Source: Victivallales bacterium (GTDB lineage Bacteria; Verrucomicrobiota; Lentisphaeria; Victivallales; GWF2-50-93). Taken from it: a DNA stretch of 38,800 bases. Location: assembly GCA_041666985.1 (NCBI GenBank), contig JBAYFV010000002.1:1-38800 (forward strand), given 5' to 3'. Below are positions 24,540 to 34,034 of this stretch, piece after piece (position 1 is the stretch's first letter; each line of letters begins with the position of its first letter). The position numbers were made by a program, and so were the translations under genes. The notes under the pieces are model-generated. The model saw nothing but the letters and a program-made list of their open reading frames with translations. It had not been told where the DNA came from and did no database searches.

Positions 24540-25457
24540 ATGAATAAATTGTTTTTCATCTGCGGGTTTGCCTTATCCATTTCACTGTCTGCGGCGGAAA
24601 TCAAGTATGATTCTCCGCAGGCATTCTACGCCGGCAGGGAGGCCGTCGTCAATATTAAAACGGATGGCCTGAGCGGGAAGAACCTTTCCTGGAACCTTAA
24701 ATATTCCGGGCGGACAATCGCTGCTGCGGAACTCGCAGTTCCGGAAACCGGGGACGTAGAACTCAAATTCACGTTCCCGGAAATCAAGGACGGTGTCAGC
24801 GCAACTGCCGAGCTCGACTGCCAGTCTGGCGACAAGAAACTTGTAAAAAATATTTTTTTCTTTACGCAAAATCCTTTTGCGTTCAAGAAAAAAATACTTG
24901 AAAAGATGAAGATTGGTCTATGGGCTTCCGAGGGGGATGAAAAAGCTAAGAAACTTCTTGATTCACTTGGAGTCGCGACCGCTGATGTTGCGAATTTCGC
25001 AGATTTCAAAGGGGAGCTGCTGATAGTCACAGGAATCGCCTTCGGTAATTTTTCCGGTCTGGAGAAGGATTTGGTCAATATTTGTTCAGGAGGAGCAAAT
25101 ATATTAATAATCAATCCCAAGGCAGGAACCTTGCCCTTAAAAACTGAAAGTTTCAGGAATATGATTTTTTCGTGCAACGAAAAAATCATTGATTTCGACA
25201 GGAAGTTTGATTCGGAAAGATGGGGGGATTTCCCGCCGAACGAGAAATCACTTAACCTGATCCCCCTTGACAGCGGAGTCGCAATAGAAGTGGCCGGCAA
25301 CAGGAACTTTTTCACCTTCATGTCTGCTAAAATCGGCAAGGGCGAGTTGGTAATATGTACCTGGGATATCTTCGGTAGGATCGAAAAGTCGCCTACACCG
25401 GTTTACTTGCTTGAAATACTAATGTCAGAATCGGAGAAAGAACAGAAAAATAATTAG
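24540..25457 (+). CDS. Exported protein, Ig-like N-domain plus alpha/beta (flavodoxin/GATase1-like impression) C-domain
   Basis: SD AAAGGA 7 nt before ATG 24540. Signal peptide MNKLFFICGFALSISLSAAE. No catalytic motif recognised. Confidence 0.65.
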   Translation: MNKLFFICGFALSISLSAAEIKYDSPQAFYAGREAVVNIKTDGLSGKNLSWNLKYSGRTIAAAELAVPETGDVELKFTFPEIKDGVSATAELDCQSGDKKLVKNIFFFTQNPFAFKKKILEKMKIGLWASEGDEKAKKLLDSLGVATADVANFADFKGELLIVTGIAFGNFSGLEKDLVNICSGGANILIINPKAGTLPLKTESFRNMIFSCNEKIIDFDRKFDSERWGDFPPNEKSLNLIPLDSGVAIEVAGNRNFFTFMSAKIGKGELVICTWDIFGRIEKSPTPVYLLEILMSESEKEQKNN

Positions 25458-25550
25458 ACAGGATAACTGGATGTACAGGATTTATTGAAGAGAATGGATA
25501 GTATTTTTTATGCGAAGCAGAAAAAATAAAATAACTACGGAGGAATGAAG

Positions 25551-26489
25551 ATGAAGAAACTCATGACGATGTTGGCGCTGATTATTGGAATTTCAGCGGT
25601 CGCCCAGAATGAAGAAGCAAAAAAACAGGGGGCTGTTAATGCGGAAGTTTACACTGTTGCGGTACTGCCGTTCACGGAATCCGGAGCCGGAGTCGCCGGA
25701 ATGGGGGAACAGGTGTCTGACATCCTTTTTGCTAGGCTTTGTGTAAATCCGAACGTATGGATGGTCGAAAGAAAGGAGCTTGAGAAGATCTTTAAAGAAG
25801 CTGAACTCAACTATTCCGGCGCAGTGAATCCTAACCAGGCAATCCAGCTCGGACAACTCACCGGAGCGAAGATTCTTCTGACAGGCTCCGTATTCAAGGT
25901 GAAGGACAAGACTTTCCTTATTGCGAAAGTCATCAGCACGGAGACCAGTCGAGTCCTTGGAAAAAGCGTAGACGGTATGGGCGCGCTTGACGCCCTTGCA
26001 GACAAACTTGCCGGGCAGGTTAATGAAACTATTACAAAAGATGCCAGCAATCTTATGCCCCAGATAAGAGAACACAAGGACATAGTAGCCGACCTGAAAA
26101 AGTCCATAGGCGAAGCGAAGAAACCGAAGGTTTACGTCAAGATAGAGGAGCGTCATGTTGGTTCTGTTGCAGTTGATCCCTCTGCGGAGACAGAAATGCA
26201 GGTGATCTGCAAGGAACTAGGATTCGAAGTGACGACCAGCGAGAATGATGCCGAACTGGTGATAAAGGGCGAAGGCTTCAGTGAGTTCGCCGGCCGCAGG
26301 GGCAATCTGGTAAGCATCAAATCCCGCCTGGAAGTCAAGGTTCTTGACAAGGCCGGTAACGTGGTCGCCGTTGACAGGCAGACAACCGCCGAGGTTGACC
26401 TTGCCGAACAGATCGCCGGAAAGAAGTCCCTGCAGGAAGCGTCTGCGAAGATCGCAGAGCGCATACTCCCGAAGATTGTGAAGAAATAA
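25551..26489 (+). CDS. Exported protein with CsgG/LpoB/FlgO-like N-terminal module
   Basis: GGAGGA SD 6 nt before ATG 25551 (ATG 25545 also possible). Signal peptide MKKLMTMLALIIGISAVAQ. VAVLPFTESG...VSDILFARL...VWMVERKELEKIFKEAEL...QLGQLTGAKILLTGSV parallels the CsgG-family core pattern. Confidence 0.7.
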   Translation: MKKLMTMLALIIGISAVAQNEEAKKQGAVNAEVYTVAVLPFTESGAGVAGMGEQVSDILFARLCVNPNVWMVERKELEKIFKEAELNYSGAVNPNQAIQLGQLTGAKILLTGSVFKVKDKTFLIAKVISTETSRVLGKSVDGMGALDALADKLAGQVNETITKDASNLMPQIREHKDIVADLKKSIGEAKKPKVYVKIEERHVGSVAVDPSAETEMQVICKELGFEVTTSENDAELVIKGEGFSEFAGRRGNLVSIKSRLEVKVLDKAGNVVAVDRQTTAEVDLAEQIAGKKSLQEASAKIAERILPKIVKK

Positions 26490-26514
26490 TTTTTTGCAAG
26501 CAAAAAATTATAAC

Positions 26515-29500
26515 ATGAATTCCTTCAGGAAAACAATCCTTGTCATTCTTGTCTGTGTTATCTGTGGACATCTAGATGCGCAGACAAAGGTGGCTTTGAT
26601 TCCAACCGCGCCGGATCTTGCGCCGGTGGCAGATCAGGTGCTTGCCGCAATGTCGAATGAACCCGGTGTCGAGTTCCTCGAACGCTCCAGTATTGAAGCG
26701 GTGTTCAGTGAGCGCAAACTTACCGCCTCCGGTCTGACCGGCTCCAATCTTGCCGAACTGGGTAAGCTCATTCATGCCGAGCTTTTTGCTATCATTACCG
26801 CTAAACCCGGAGAAAAGGGCGCAATGGTATCTGGACTTATTGTCTACGATGCCCGCAACGGCTTTCGTCTGGTCAATGTGATGTTGCCGGAGCAGGATGC
26901 GGTCAAAGAGATCGCCAAACGCTTGCGGCAAGCGCAGGAGGTAATCCAACATCCCGAAAAGCAGATTTTACTGTCGGTGGCAACGGTGCGCAATGCCGGG
27001 ATACCGGAACGCTTCAAATATCAGGAAGCGTTTATCGCTGCCGATCTCGAACGGCGTTTGGGCGGTATTCCTAATGTCACTGTGCTGGAACGTGATTATC
27101 TTGACAGCGTAAATCAGGAATGTAAGACTACCGAACAGATGTTTGAACTTGCGCCGTCGTCACGGTTACTTCGGCTGGAATTTGCGCCTGGCAGTTCGCC
27201 GGAAATCGTTAATCTGCTCTTGCGCGTGACCGATGCCGCCAATAAAGAACTGTTCCGTTTCAATCTTGACAACTGCCTTGCCGATACCGAAGCCACTGAG
27301 ATGAAGACGATCGTTGCGGTGGCGGAATATCTGAAAGTAAGTCCGCCGAATATAACAGCGTCTGCGTCGGAAGAAGCGGCACGATTTTTTGCGGAATACC
27401 AGTTTTTCAGCCGTCTGGGCGATTACGCCGCCGCCCGCCACAAGCTCGATGCCGCAATCGCACTGGAGCCGATGAAATTGGAATACCGCATGGCGGTGTT
27501 ATCCTTAAATAAAGAAACTCCGGCCAACTCCTGTCGCGAAATGGTTTTGCGGCAGCAGCGGGCTTTTGATTTGAGCTTGGAGATTGAGCGCGATTTTCCG
27601 TTATTGCGTGAACCTTTATATAGCAATGGCAGTTATTATGACTGGAATCTCATGAATTCGATTGGACAGGCGACTCCGCAGGACTTGGCGGAAATGAAAA
27701 GTTTTGCCGCTGTTTTTCGTCCGAAGTACGATGCGGAAATCAGGCGGATTTATTATAAGTTCGATATCTCCGACGGTGTCAAAACTTATGAAGACTTAGA
27801 GATGCATGACCGTTATTGTAGCTACATGTCGCGATTTCATCTCTACTTCGATGCTGATCTATGGGTGGAAAACATTTACCGGGGCGCACTTCAGCGCTTG
27901 GAATTGAGCAAGGCCTTCTTTCTGGCACATCCGGAATTATGTAAAAAACCGGATATCTCCGATGGTGTTTCCGACTGGTTTTTCAATTTGGGAAGTGAGT
28001 ATAGGGAATTGCGCCATAAAACTAATATCGACAGCAAAAGTGCGGTGGAAAAAGTTTTACGAAACAGCAAAGAATATATTGAATTGGCGATGTTGCATCC
28101 GTTGTCTCAGACCAGTATTATGTCACTACGGATTGATTTGCTTCGCAAGACGGTGAAAAGCAATTACGATCCGGAAACATTTAAAGACAATATGTTGGAA
28201 TATTGTCGCCAGTTGTCGGCTATCAATCCGGAAGAGTGCAAAAAAATAGACGACCATGAAATCAATTTCTTCTGGGATGATAACAATCCGTTGCGGCGGA
28301 TTTCCTATGAAGTCCACAGGGATTTTGTTGCCAGCCAACGTTCTCAAGTTCCGGCTTCCGATACGGCGACAACACTTCGTCCGATGACAGAGCTTTTTGA
28401 TGATGTGAGATTGTTGAAAATTTCTGAAGCGAAATCGAGAACTCCGCAAGAGCAAGCAAAAATGCAAGTGAAACTGGCAGAAGCAAAGGCAAAGAAACTG
28501 CTGGAACTGGCGCCTCAGCTGCGGCAATATGTGAAATTGTCCTTTACCGATCCGGAAGTACGTGATTTCTTCTTGGAATCAGACTCTCTCCTTAATCAAT
28601 ATGTTTGGCGGGAAAAAAATCCGGTATTCCGACAGGCGATTGAAGCTTTAAATTGCGACGTTACGATCAAAAAAATAGCAACCGTTGATGATCAAAATAA
28701 ATTTGATTATGGAGATGTCAGAATATCCAATGCCGTCTGGCATGACGGTGAAATTTATATGTTGCTGTATCGTCATCTGAAGGATCCCGAAAGAGATTTG
28801 CGTGGCTGGAATTATCAGGATACTTGGAACATTGCCCAATTGGATATGGCTGCTGGGAAAATCAATGCTTTGTCCCTATGGTTCCAGCCTGCGGAACAAT
28901 CCCAAGATTGGGACACTTCCCGGATGACGCCTCTGGCAGTGGCCGGAAAAATGGCGGCAGTGGGCGGCAATAATGCCATTCATCTTTTTCCATTCGATGG
29001 GATACCGCAAGTTATCAAGGACTTACCGGACGGGATCGTGAAGGCAGTCGCAATTATGAACGACCGCATCTATGCTTTTATCGGAAAAGAAAACACCAAC
29101 GGACTGGATTATGCCAAGGAAATCACACTTTTCTCCTGCAAGTTCGATGGTAGCGATCGGCAAATTCATATTTCTTCGTCGCGGGATAACAAGCAGAATA
29201 ATATGGATCGGGAAAAACCGTTTTCGGTCTATTCGATGATTGCCGATAAAAATAAGAACCGACTGGTTTTCAATTGCGCTTCGCTCAACGGTAGCGGAAA
29301 CGTCAATGGATTATGGGAATTCAACCTGTCGACCAATACCGGAAAATGTCTGTTCGATATCCAATATAAATGGATTGATAAAATAATGACGGCGGTTGAT
29401 GATCACATCTTTTTTTCATTCTTTCTTTGGGATTCCTGTATTTATGATCTTGCCGCTGACAAGGGGGAGGTTTTCTTTTCAATAGCCAACGAAACTGCTA

Positions 29501-29784
29501 AAAATTATTTAAAGGTAAAAGTCCGTCCTGCTCAAGGTATTTTTTATCATGGCCCTTTCTTTGCGCGTCCGAATCAAATCTGGTTCGGTGGTGATGGAGG
29601 TGTCAAACTTTTAACTTTGCCGGGTATTAGCCACTCTCCGATGATCATATTGCCGTTCGGCCGCTTCTCTCCCGGCTGGAACCGCCTGCTTTTTCCCCAT
29701 CCCGACGGAAAGTCGGCAATTGCCATTGATGAGAGGAATATCTACAAAATCACCCCGAAAGAAAGAGGAGTGGAAACTCAATGA
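26515..29784 (+). CDS. Giant exported protein B: 2x CsgG/LpoB-like modules, helical (TPR-like) region and beta-propeller-like C-terminus
   Basis: Signal peptide MNSFRKTILVILVCVICGHLDAQ. Module 1 is KVALIP...VEFLERSSIEAVFSERKL. Module 2 is LLSVATVRN...VTVLERDYLDSVNQE. C-terminal repeats of strand-rich blades (AVWHDGEIYMLLY, AIMNDRIYAFIG, AVDDHIFFSFF, NQIWFGGDGG). Codon usage differs from the neighbours. Confidence 0.75.
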   Translation: MNSFRKTILVILVCVICGHLDAQTKVALIPTAPDLAPVADQVLAAMSNEPGVEFLERSSIEAVFSERKLTASGLTGSNLAELGKLIHAELFAIITAKPGEKGAMVSGLIVYDARNGFRLVNVMLPEQDAVKEIAKRLRQAQEVIQHPEKQILLSVATVRNAGIPERFKYQEAFIAADLERRLGGIPNVTVLERDYLDSVNQECKTTEQMFELAPSSRLLRLEFAPGSSPEIVNLLLRVTDAANKELFRFNLDNCLADTEATEMKTIVAVAEYLKVSPPNITASASEEAARFFAEYQFFSRLGDYAAARHKLDAAIALEPMKLEYRMAVLSLNKETPANSCREMVLRQQRAFDLSLEIERDFPLLREPLYSNGSYYDWNLMNSIGQATPQDLAEMKSFAAVFRPKYDAEIRRIYYKFDISDGVKTYEDLEMHDRYCSYMSRFHLYFDADLWVENIYRGALQRLELSKAFFLAHPELCKKPDISDGVSDWFFNLGSEYRELRHKTNIDSKSAVEKVLRNSKEYIELAMLHPLSQTSIMSLRIDLLRKTVKSNYDPETFKDNMLEYCRQLSAINPEECKKIDDHEINFFWDDNNPLRRISYEVHRDFVASQRSQVPASDTATTLRPMTELFDDVRLLKISEAKSRTPQEQAKMQVKLAEAKAKKLLELAPQLRQYVKLSFTDPEVRDFFLESDSLLNQYVWREKNPVFRQAIEALNCDVTIKKIATVDDQNKFDYGDVRISNAVWHDGEIYMLLYRHLKDPERDLRGWNYQDTWNIAQLDMAAGKINALSLWFQPAEQSQDWDTSRMTPLAVAGKMAAVGGNNAIHLFPFDGIPQVIKDLPDGIVKAVAIMNDRIYAFIGKENTNGLDYAKEITLFSCKFDGSDRQIHISSSRDNKQNNMDREKPFSVYSMIADKNKNRLVFNCASLNGSGNVNGLWEFNLSTNTGKCLFDIQYKWIDKIMTAVDDHIFFSFFLWDSCIYDLAADKGEVFFSIANETAKNYLKVKVRPAQGIFYHGPFFARPNQIWFGGDGGVKLLTLPGISHSPMIILPFGRFSPGWNRLLFPHPDGKSAIAIDERNIYKITPKERGVETQ

Positions 29785-32700
29785 TGAAGAAAATACTTGG
29801 CATGATTGTTTTGCTATTCTGCGGCATGGTGGTTAACGCCGCTAAGGTGGCAGTGATCGCAGACAAAGGTCTGGAGAAGTATGCGGATCTGCTGACGGTT
29901 GAGTTGTCGAAGCAGAGTGACTTGAATGTCATTGAGAGGACGGAGATTGACAGGGTCTTGAAGGAGCAGGCGATTTCAAGTGCGAACCTGACTGCCAATT
30001 ATCTCAAGCTCGGTAAGCTTTTAAAAGCCGACGGGCTTGTGATTATAAGGAAGTTTGAATTTCAGAAGAAGGAATTCCTCGTGTCAAGGCTTGTTGCGGT
30101 AAACCAGGGAGCCGTATTGTCAGCATTCTCCAATCCTTTTCCCCCAGAAAAAAACGACAACTGGTCGGCGGATATTTCTGCGAAGTTCGCACCGTACCTG
30201 AACAAGCTGAATGTATCCCCGGATAAGGCGGTTCCAATCTCTATCCTGAATATCAGGGCGCCGATAGACACGCCCGAAATGCGTCTGCTTGAAAAGGAAT
30301 TTACCCTTGCGCTTGCATTCAGGCTTGTCCAGGAAAAGGACTTGTTCGTCCTCGAACGGTGGAAGATGGAGAAACTCGCCTGGGAAAAGGATATTGACAC
30401 CGAATCGAGTCCATTCTGGACCGGAAGCTATCTTCTCGATGGCAACATTGAACTCGTTGACAAAGAGAATGTCAAGATAAAGGTAAGATTGAGGATGCCT
30501 ACAGGTCTGGAAAAGACCATAGAGGCGGCAGGCACCAAGGACAGGTTATCCGAAATTACTGAAAAAGTAACAGGTGATCTTTTGAAGAAGATAGGCAAAG
30601 CCCAGGATAGGATAATGTGGGACAGCACCAAGGAGGCCGAGCAGTATCTTAAAGAGGCTGAATGGGCGTTCAATGCAGGACTTTTTGAGGATGCCTTTTC
30701 CTCCGTCCAGACTTCAATTGCCTTGGGGAATAAATCGGAGGTAGCCCTTTTCTTGGAAGTCAAAGCCGCCACGAATTGCGCGTATCCCGCCAGAGAGCCT
30801 GAAGTATGGATTAAGATTAACTTTGGATATGAGTCGAACTTGATTGATATTACCAAAGACAGTAGGCGAATCGACGATGCTTTGCTTTCAATGGAGCTGC
30901 TCAGGAAGAGCATCCTGGATAAGATACCCGAATCGGGGCAAAGTTTTTCTAGTGAGAAGAAATGGCGGGAGCTTGCAGAAAGAACTCTGTTAAATGCATC
31001 TATTGTCCTGAGGGCTTATTATGATCAGGGTTGCATATCTAAAGACAGTGGCAAAACATCCGCCTTAAGGAAAATGATCAGGGATTCATATCCCGTAATC
31101 GCTGGGAGATACTTTAATTACGGACTGACTGCCAATGTTTTTGAAATAAAGGCTTCATACATTCCTTTCTGGTGTGATAGCCCGGAAGAAACCTTGGATG
31201 CCTACAGGGATCTTCTCTGTAATAATCATATCAAAGATGCTAGACAATACTATTATGAAATAAAAAGGACTCTGATTGTCAAGGATGTTTTGAAGGAAAT
31301 GACAATGTTTCGGGCATCTGCCTGGCAAGGCTTACGCATGGAGCGTGCGGATGACCCTTCGCGGACTCCCTTTCTTATTGATTGGCAAGGCCGGATTGAC
31401 AAGAAGATGCTGATGGGGATGTGGGATAATTTTACGGACAATCTTTGCGCATCCGGAGACTTGAAGGCGAGATACGCGGGATTATACATCAAGGCCTGGA
31501 CGCATAATCTTTCCGCAGCGAAAGGGGGAAACAAATACATGCGCGAGCTTATGGATTTGTGCTGGAAAGAGAGGGCAAACATCGTTGAGGGCAAGTCTGA
31601 TATTCCTGTTTTTTCCGCAGACGGCTTCAATATCGCAGCGGTAGACAAGGACGCCGTTTATCAATACCTGTCCAAATATGTTAAATTCCTTCTCGAGGAA
31701 AGTATCTCAGGAAAAATCGCAAAACATTCCGGCAATCTTCCTGATGTTTTCTCGGTTTGGTTGAAGGATTCGACTCCGGCTGATGCAGATGCTGTCTTTT
31801 CGCTGCTTATGAAATACAGGGACACGATCAAGGAGTCTCTTAAAGGCAAAGGGATATATGATTTTACGATTTCCTATAATAATCAAATCCTGAAAAAGTA
31901 TCCGCAACTATGTGATTCAGGGACGAAAAACCTTTTGATTTCAAGAATATGGAATCCATATGAATCCAAAGTGACAAATGACCTAAGCGGATTCCAAATA
32001 CTTCATATTTCCGGATTAGCATCCGGGGTCTCTCTTATCTGTTCATATGACTCAAAAGATGCTGTGACTTTCAAGATTGCATTCATCAGTTCAAACGGTC
32101 TGGAAAACAGTTTTATGGATATTCCATACGAAAACATCTCGAGTATGGTGGCCGCAGATGTTTCAGAGAATTTTGCCGTAATAGCAAGGGGCAGAGGTGC
32201 GCTTTTATCTTATGATATAAAATCCGGCAAATGGAGCGAATATGATATGTTTGAAAAGAAATATACGTCTGTGAAAATTATCGGTGAAACCGCATTCATT
32301 TCCTTTAATCCTTCTGAATCTGGAAATTTGGACAGTGGAATCATCAAGCTTAATTTAAAGAGCGGTAAAAGTGAAATCCTGGCCTCTTCAGGCCGCAATC
32401 CAGCTCAATCGCCTTTGGATAATCTTCCACCTTATAAGGTGGAAGAGATTATGGAGATTTCTCCCGGGATAGTCCTGGTTGCAGTCACATTGAAAGATAA
32501 ACCATATTTTCCGCAATGTCTGACCTATGATGTGGCGAATGACAGATGGGGTGAATTGTTCTTGGCCGAGGAAAAACTTCTCAGAGGCTTGTTCAAGCAT
32601 AAAATATCCTTGGAATTCCTTTCAGAGGGAGGGGATTTCTATGGAAGATATACTTTCGGTGGCTTTATGGTGCTTCTATCTGACATGAATTATCAAAAGA

Positions 32701-33146
32701 CAATCTATCTTCACTATAACAACGCCAGAGAACTGCCAGTGATTTTCAATGGGTTGAGAGAATGGAAGAGTTTCGGGAAATATCTTTTCCCTGCGAATAA
32801 GTATTTATGTTATGATGGAAGCAGTGCCTTCTATTATACGGGAAATCAGGAAAATATCGCGTGTAAATATCTGATTGCTTTCCCCGACAAGTCGACTGAT
32901 GGGATTGCAATCAAGTTGGAATTCAACATGGACGACCAGCTGTTCAGCCTTATGAGTGCAAAAAACAGGGGAATTGACAGGAAGGAGGCTTTTTTTAATA
33001 ATGCAATTTCTGACAACTGTTTTTGGCTAAAAGGTTCTGGATTCTTCATAAAAAGCGGCGACTCAAGGGTGCTATGGTTCATTCCCCAGAGGGATATTGA
33101 TGATTATATAAGCAAGGGGATTGGAGATAGGAAAATAAAACAGTAA
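29781..33146 (+). CDS. Giant exported protein C, paralogue of B with the same architecture
   Basis: ATGA overlap with the B stop. Signal peptide MMKKILGMIVLLFCGMVVNA. Module 1 is KVAVIAD...LNVIERTEIDRVLKEQAI. Module 2 is ISILNIRAP...LFVLERWKMEKLAWEKD. Long helical middle and strand-rich C-terminus. Confidence 0.75.
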   Translation: MMKKILGMIVLLFCGMVVNAAKVAVIADKGLEKYADLLTVELSKQSDLNVIERTEIDRVLKEQAISSANLTANYLKLGKLLKADGLVIIRKFEFQKKEFLVSRLVAVNQGAVLSAFSNPFPPEKNDNWSADISAKFAPYLNKLNVSPDKAVPISILNIRAPIDTPEMRLLEKEFTLALAFRLVQEKDLFVLERWKMEKLAWEKDIDTESSPFWTGSYLLDGNIELVDKENVKIKVRLRMPTGLEKTIEAAGTKDRLSEITEKVTGDLLKKIGKAQDRIMWDSTKEAEQYLKEAEWAFNAGLFEDAFSSVQTSIALGNKSEVALFLEVKAATNCAYPAREPEVWIKINFGYESNLIDITKDSRRIDDALLSMELLRKSILDKIPESGQSFSSEKKWRELAERTLLNASIVLRAYYDQGCISKDSGKTSALRKMIRDSYPVIAGRYFNYGLTANVFEIKASYIPFWCDSPEETLDAYRDLLCNNHIKDARQYYYEIKRTLIVKDVLKEMTMFRASAWQGLRMERADDPSRTPFLIDWQGRIDKKMLMGMWDNFTDNLCASGDLKARYAGLYIKAWTHNLSAAKGGNKYMRELMDLCWKERANIVEGKSDIPVFSADGFNIAAVDKDAVYQYLSKYVKFLLEESISGKIAKHSGNLPDVFSVWLKDSTPADADAVFSLLMKYRDTIKESLKGKGIYDFTISYNNQILKKYPQLCDSGTKNLLISRIWNPYESKVTNDLSGFQILHISGLASGVSLICSYDSKDAVTFKIAFISSNGLENSFMDIPYENISSMVAADVSENFAVIARGRGALLSYDIKSGKWSEYDMFEKKYTSVKIIGETAFISFNPSESGNLDSGIIKLNLKSGKSEILASSGRNPAQSPLDNLPPYKVEEIMEISPGIVLVAVTLKDKPYFPQCLTYDVANDRWGELFLAEEKLLRGLFKHKISLEFLSEGGDFYGRYTFGGFMVLLSDMNYQKTIYLHYNNARELPVIFNGLREWKSFGKYLFPANKYLCYDGSSAFYYTGNQENIACKYLIAFPDKSTDGIAIKLEFNMDDQLFSLMSAKNRGIDRKEAFFNNAISDNCFWLKGSGFFIKSGDSRVLWFIPQRDIDDYISKGIGDRKIKQ

Positions 33147-33237
33147 TTTTCATCCTATGCATATACAATAAAAGAACTCCGTAATGCGTTTTAATCGGAG
33201 GTGGGTTTTTAAAATCTTTAGAAAAGGGGAATGGATT

Positions 33238-33789
33238 ATGAGAAAGCTGATTGCGATGACTTTTGTGGGGCTTCTGTCGGGCGTCTTTGTCTTAAGCGCG
33301 GAAGATGCGTCAAAACCGTCCGCACCCGGGAATGGTCCGGTTCCTGCGAAAGCGATAAATCCTGAACTTGGAATGCAGATGGCGTCCGAGTACCTCAGGC
33401 AGAGCGATCCTAAGAAATTTGAGGAGATGCAGAAGCTCAGACAGGAAAATCCCGAGGAGTTCAAGAAACAGATGTCCGCCCTTTCCGGGAAGATGAAAGA
33501 GAAAAATCAGAAGGAGAGGGAAGAATTTAAAGCCCTCACCGACAAATATCGCGAAACTAAGAGCGATGCTGACAAGGCCGCCGTGAAGGCCAAGCTGGAA
33601 GAGTTTATGAAAAAGAGAATTGAGATGCAGAAGCGGCGCATTGATGAAATGGAGAAAAATATCGTCCAGGCCAAATCGAACATTGCCGACGAGGAAAAGA
33701 ACATGCAGGCGAAGATTGACGAGAAGCTCAATCAGATACTTTCAGGCAAAGACGGCCAAAAAGACAAGAAGACCGAACCTGCCAAATAG
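33238..33789 (+). CDS. Exported K/E-rich coiled-coil protein (Spy/CpxP-like chaperone is a guess)
   Basis: SD AAGGGGA before ATG 33238. Signal peptide MRKLIAMTFVGLLSGVFVLSA. The remainder is a highly charged helical sequence. Confidence 0.6.
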   Translation: MRKLIAMTFVGLLSGVFVLSAEDASKPSAPGNGPVPAKAINPELGMQMASEYLRQSDPKKFEEMQKLRQENPEEFKKQMSALSGKMKEKNQKEREEFKALTDKYRETKSDADKAAVKAKLEEFMKKRIEMQKRRIDEMEKNIVQAKSNIADEEKNMQAKIDEKLNQILSGKDGQKDKKTEPAK

Positions 33790-34034
33790 GTCGAGATAAT
33801 GCAAAATATTATGTGTTTTCTGTTTTTTTCATTCCAGGCGTCAAATAAAACATAGAAAGCGGAAGAACAGTCCTTGCGGACTTGACTGCCGGCAAATTTT
33901 CAAGGGAACCTCAATTGTTTTTATCAGCTTGGACGGTTTGTGTATTCGCCTCTCCGTGTTAAGTTACGGGATGTTAAATCTAATAAAAACACGAATTCAT
34001 TCAAGGCTGGAAATCCGATGTTGAAGGAACCCGT

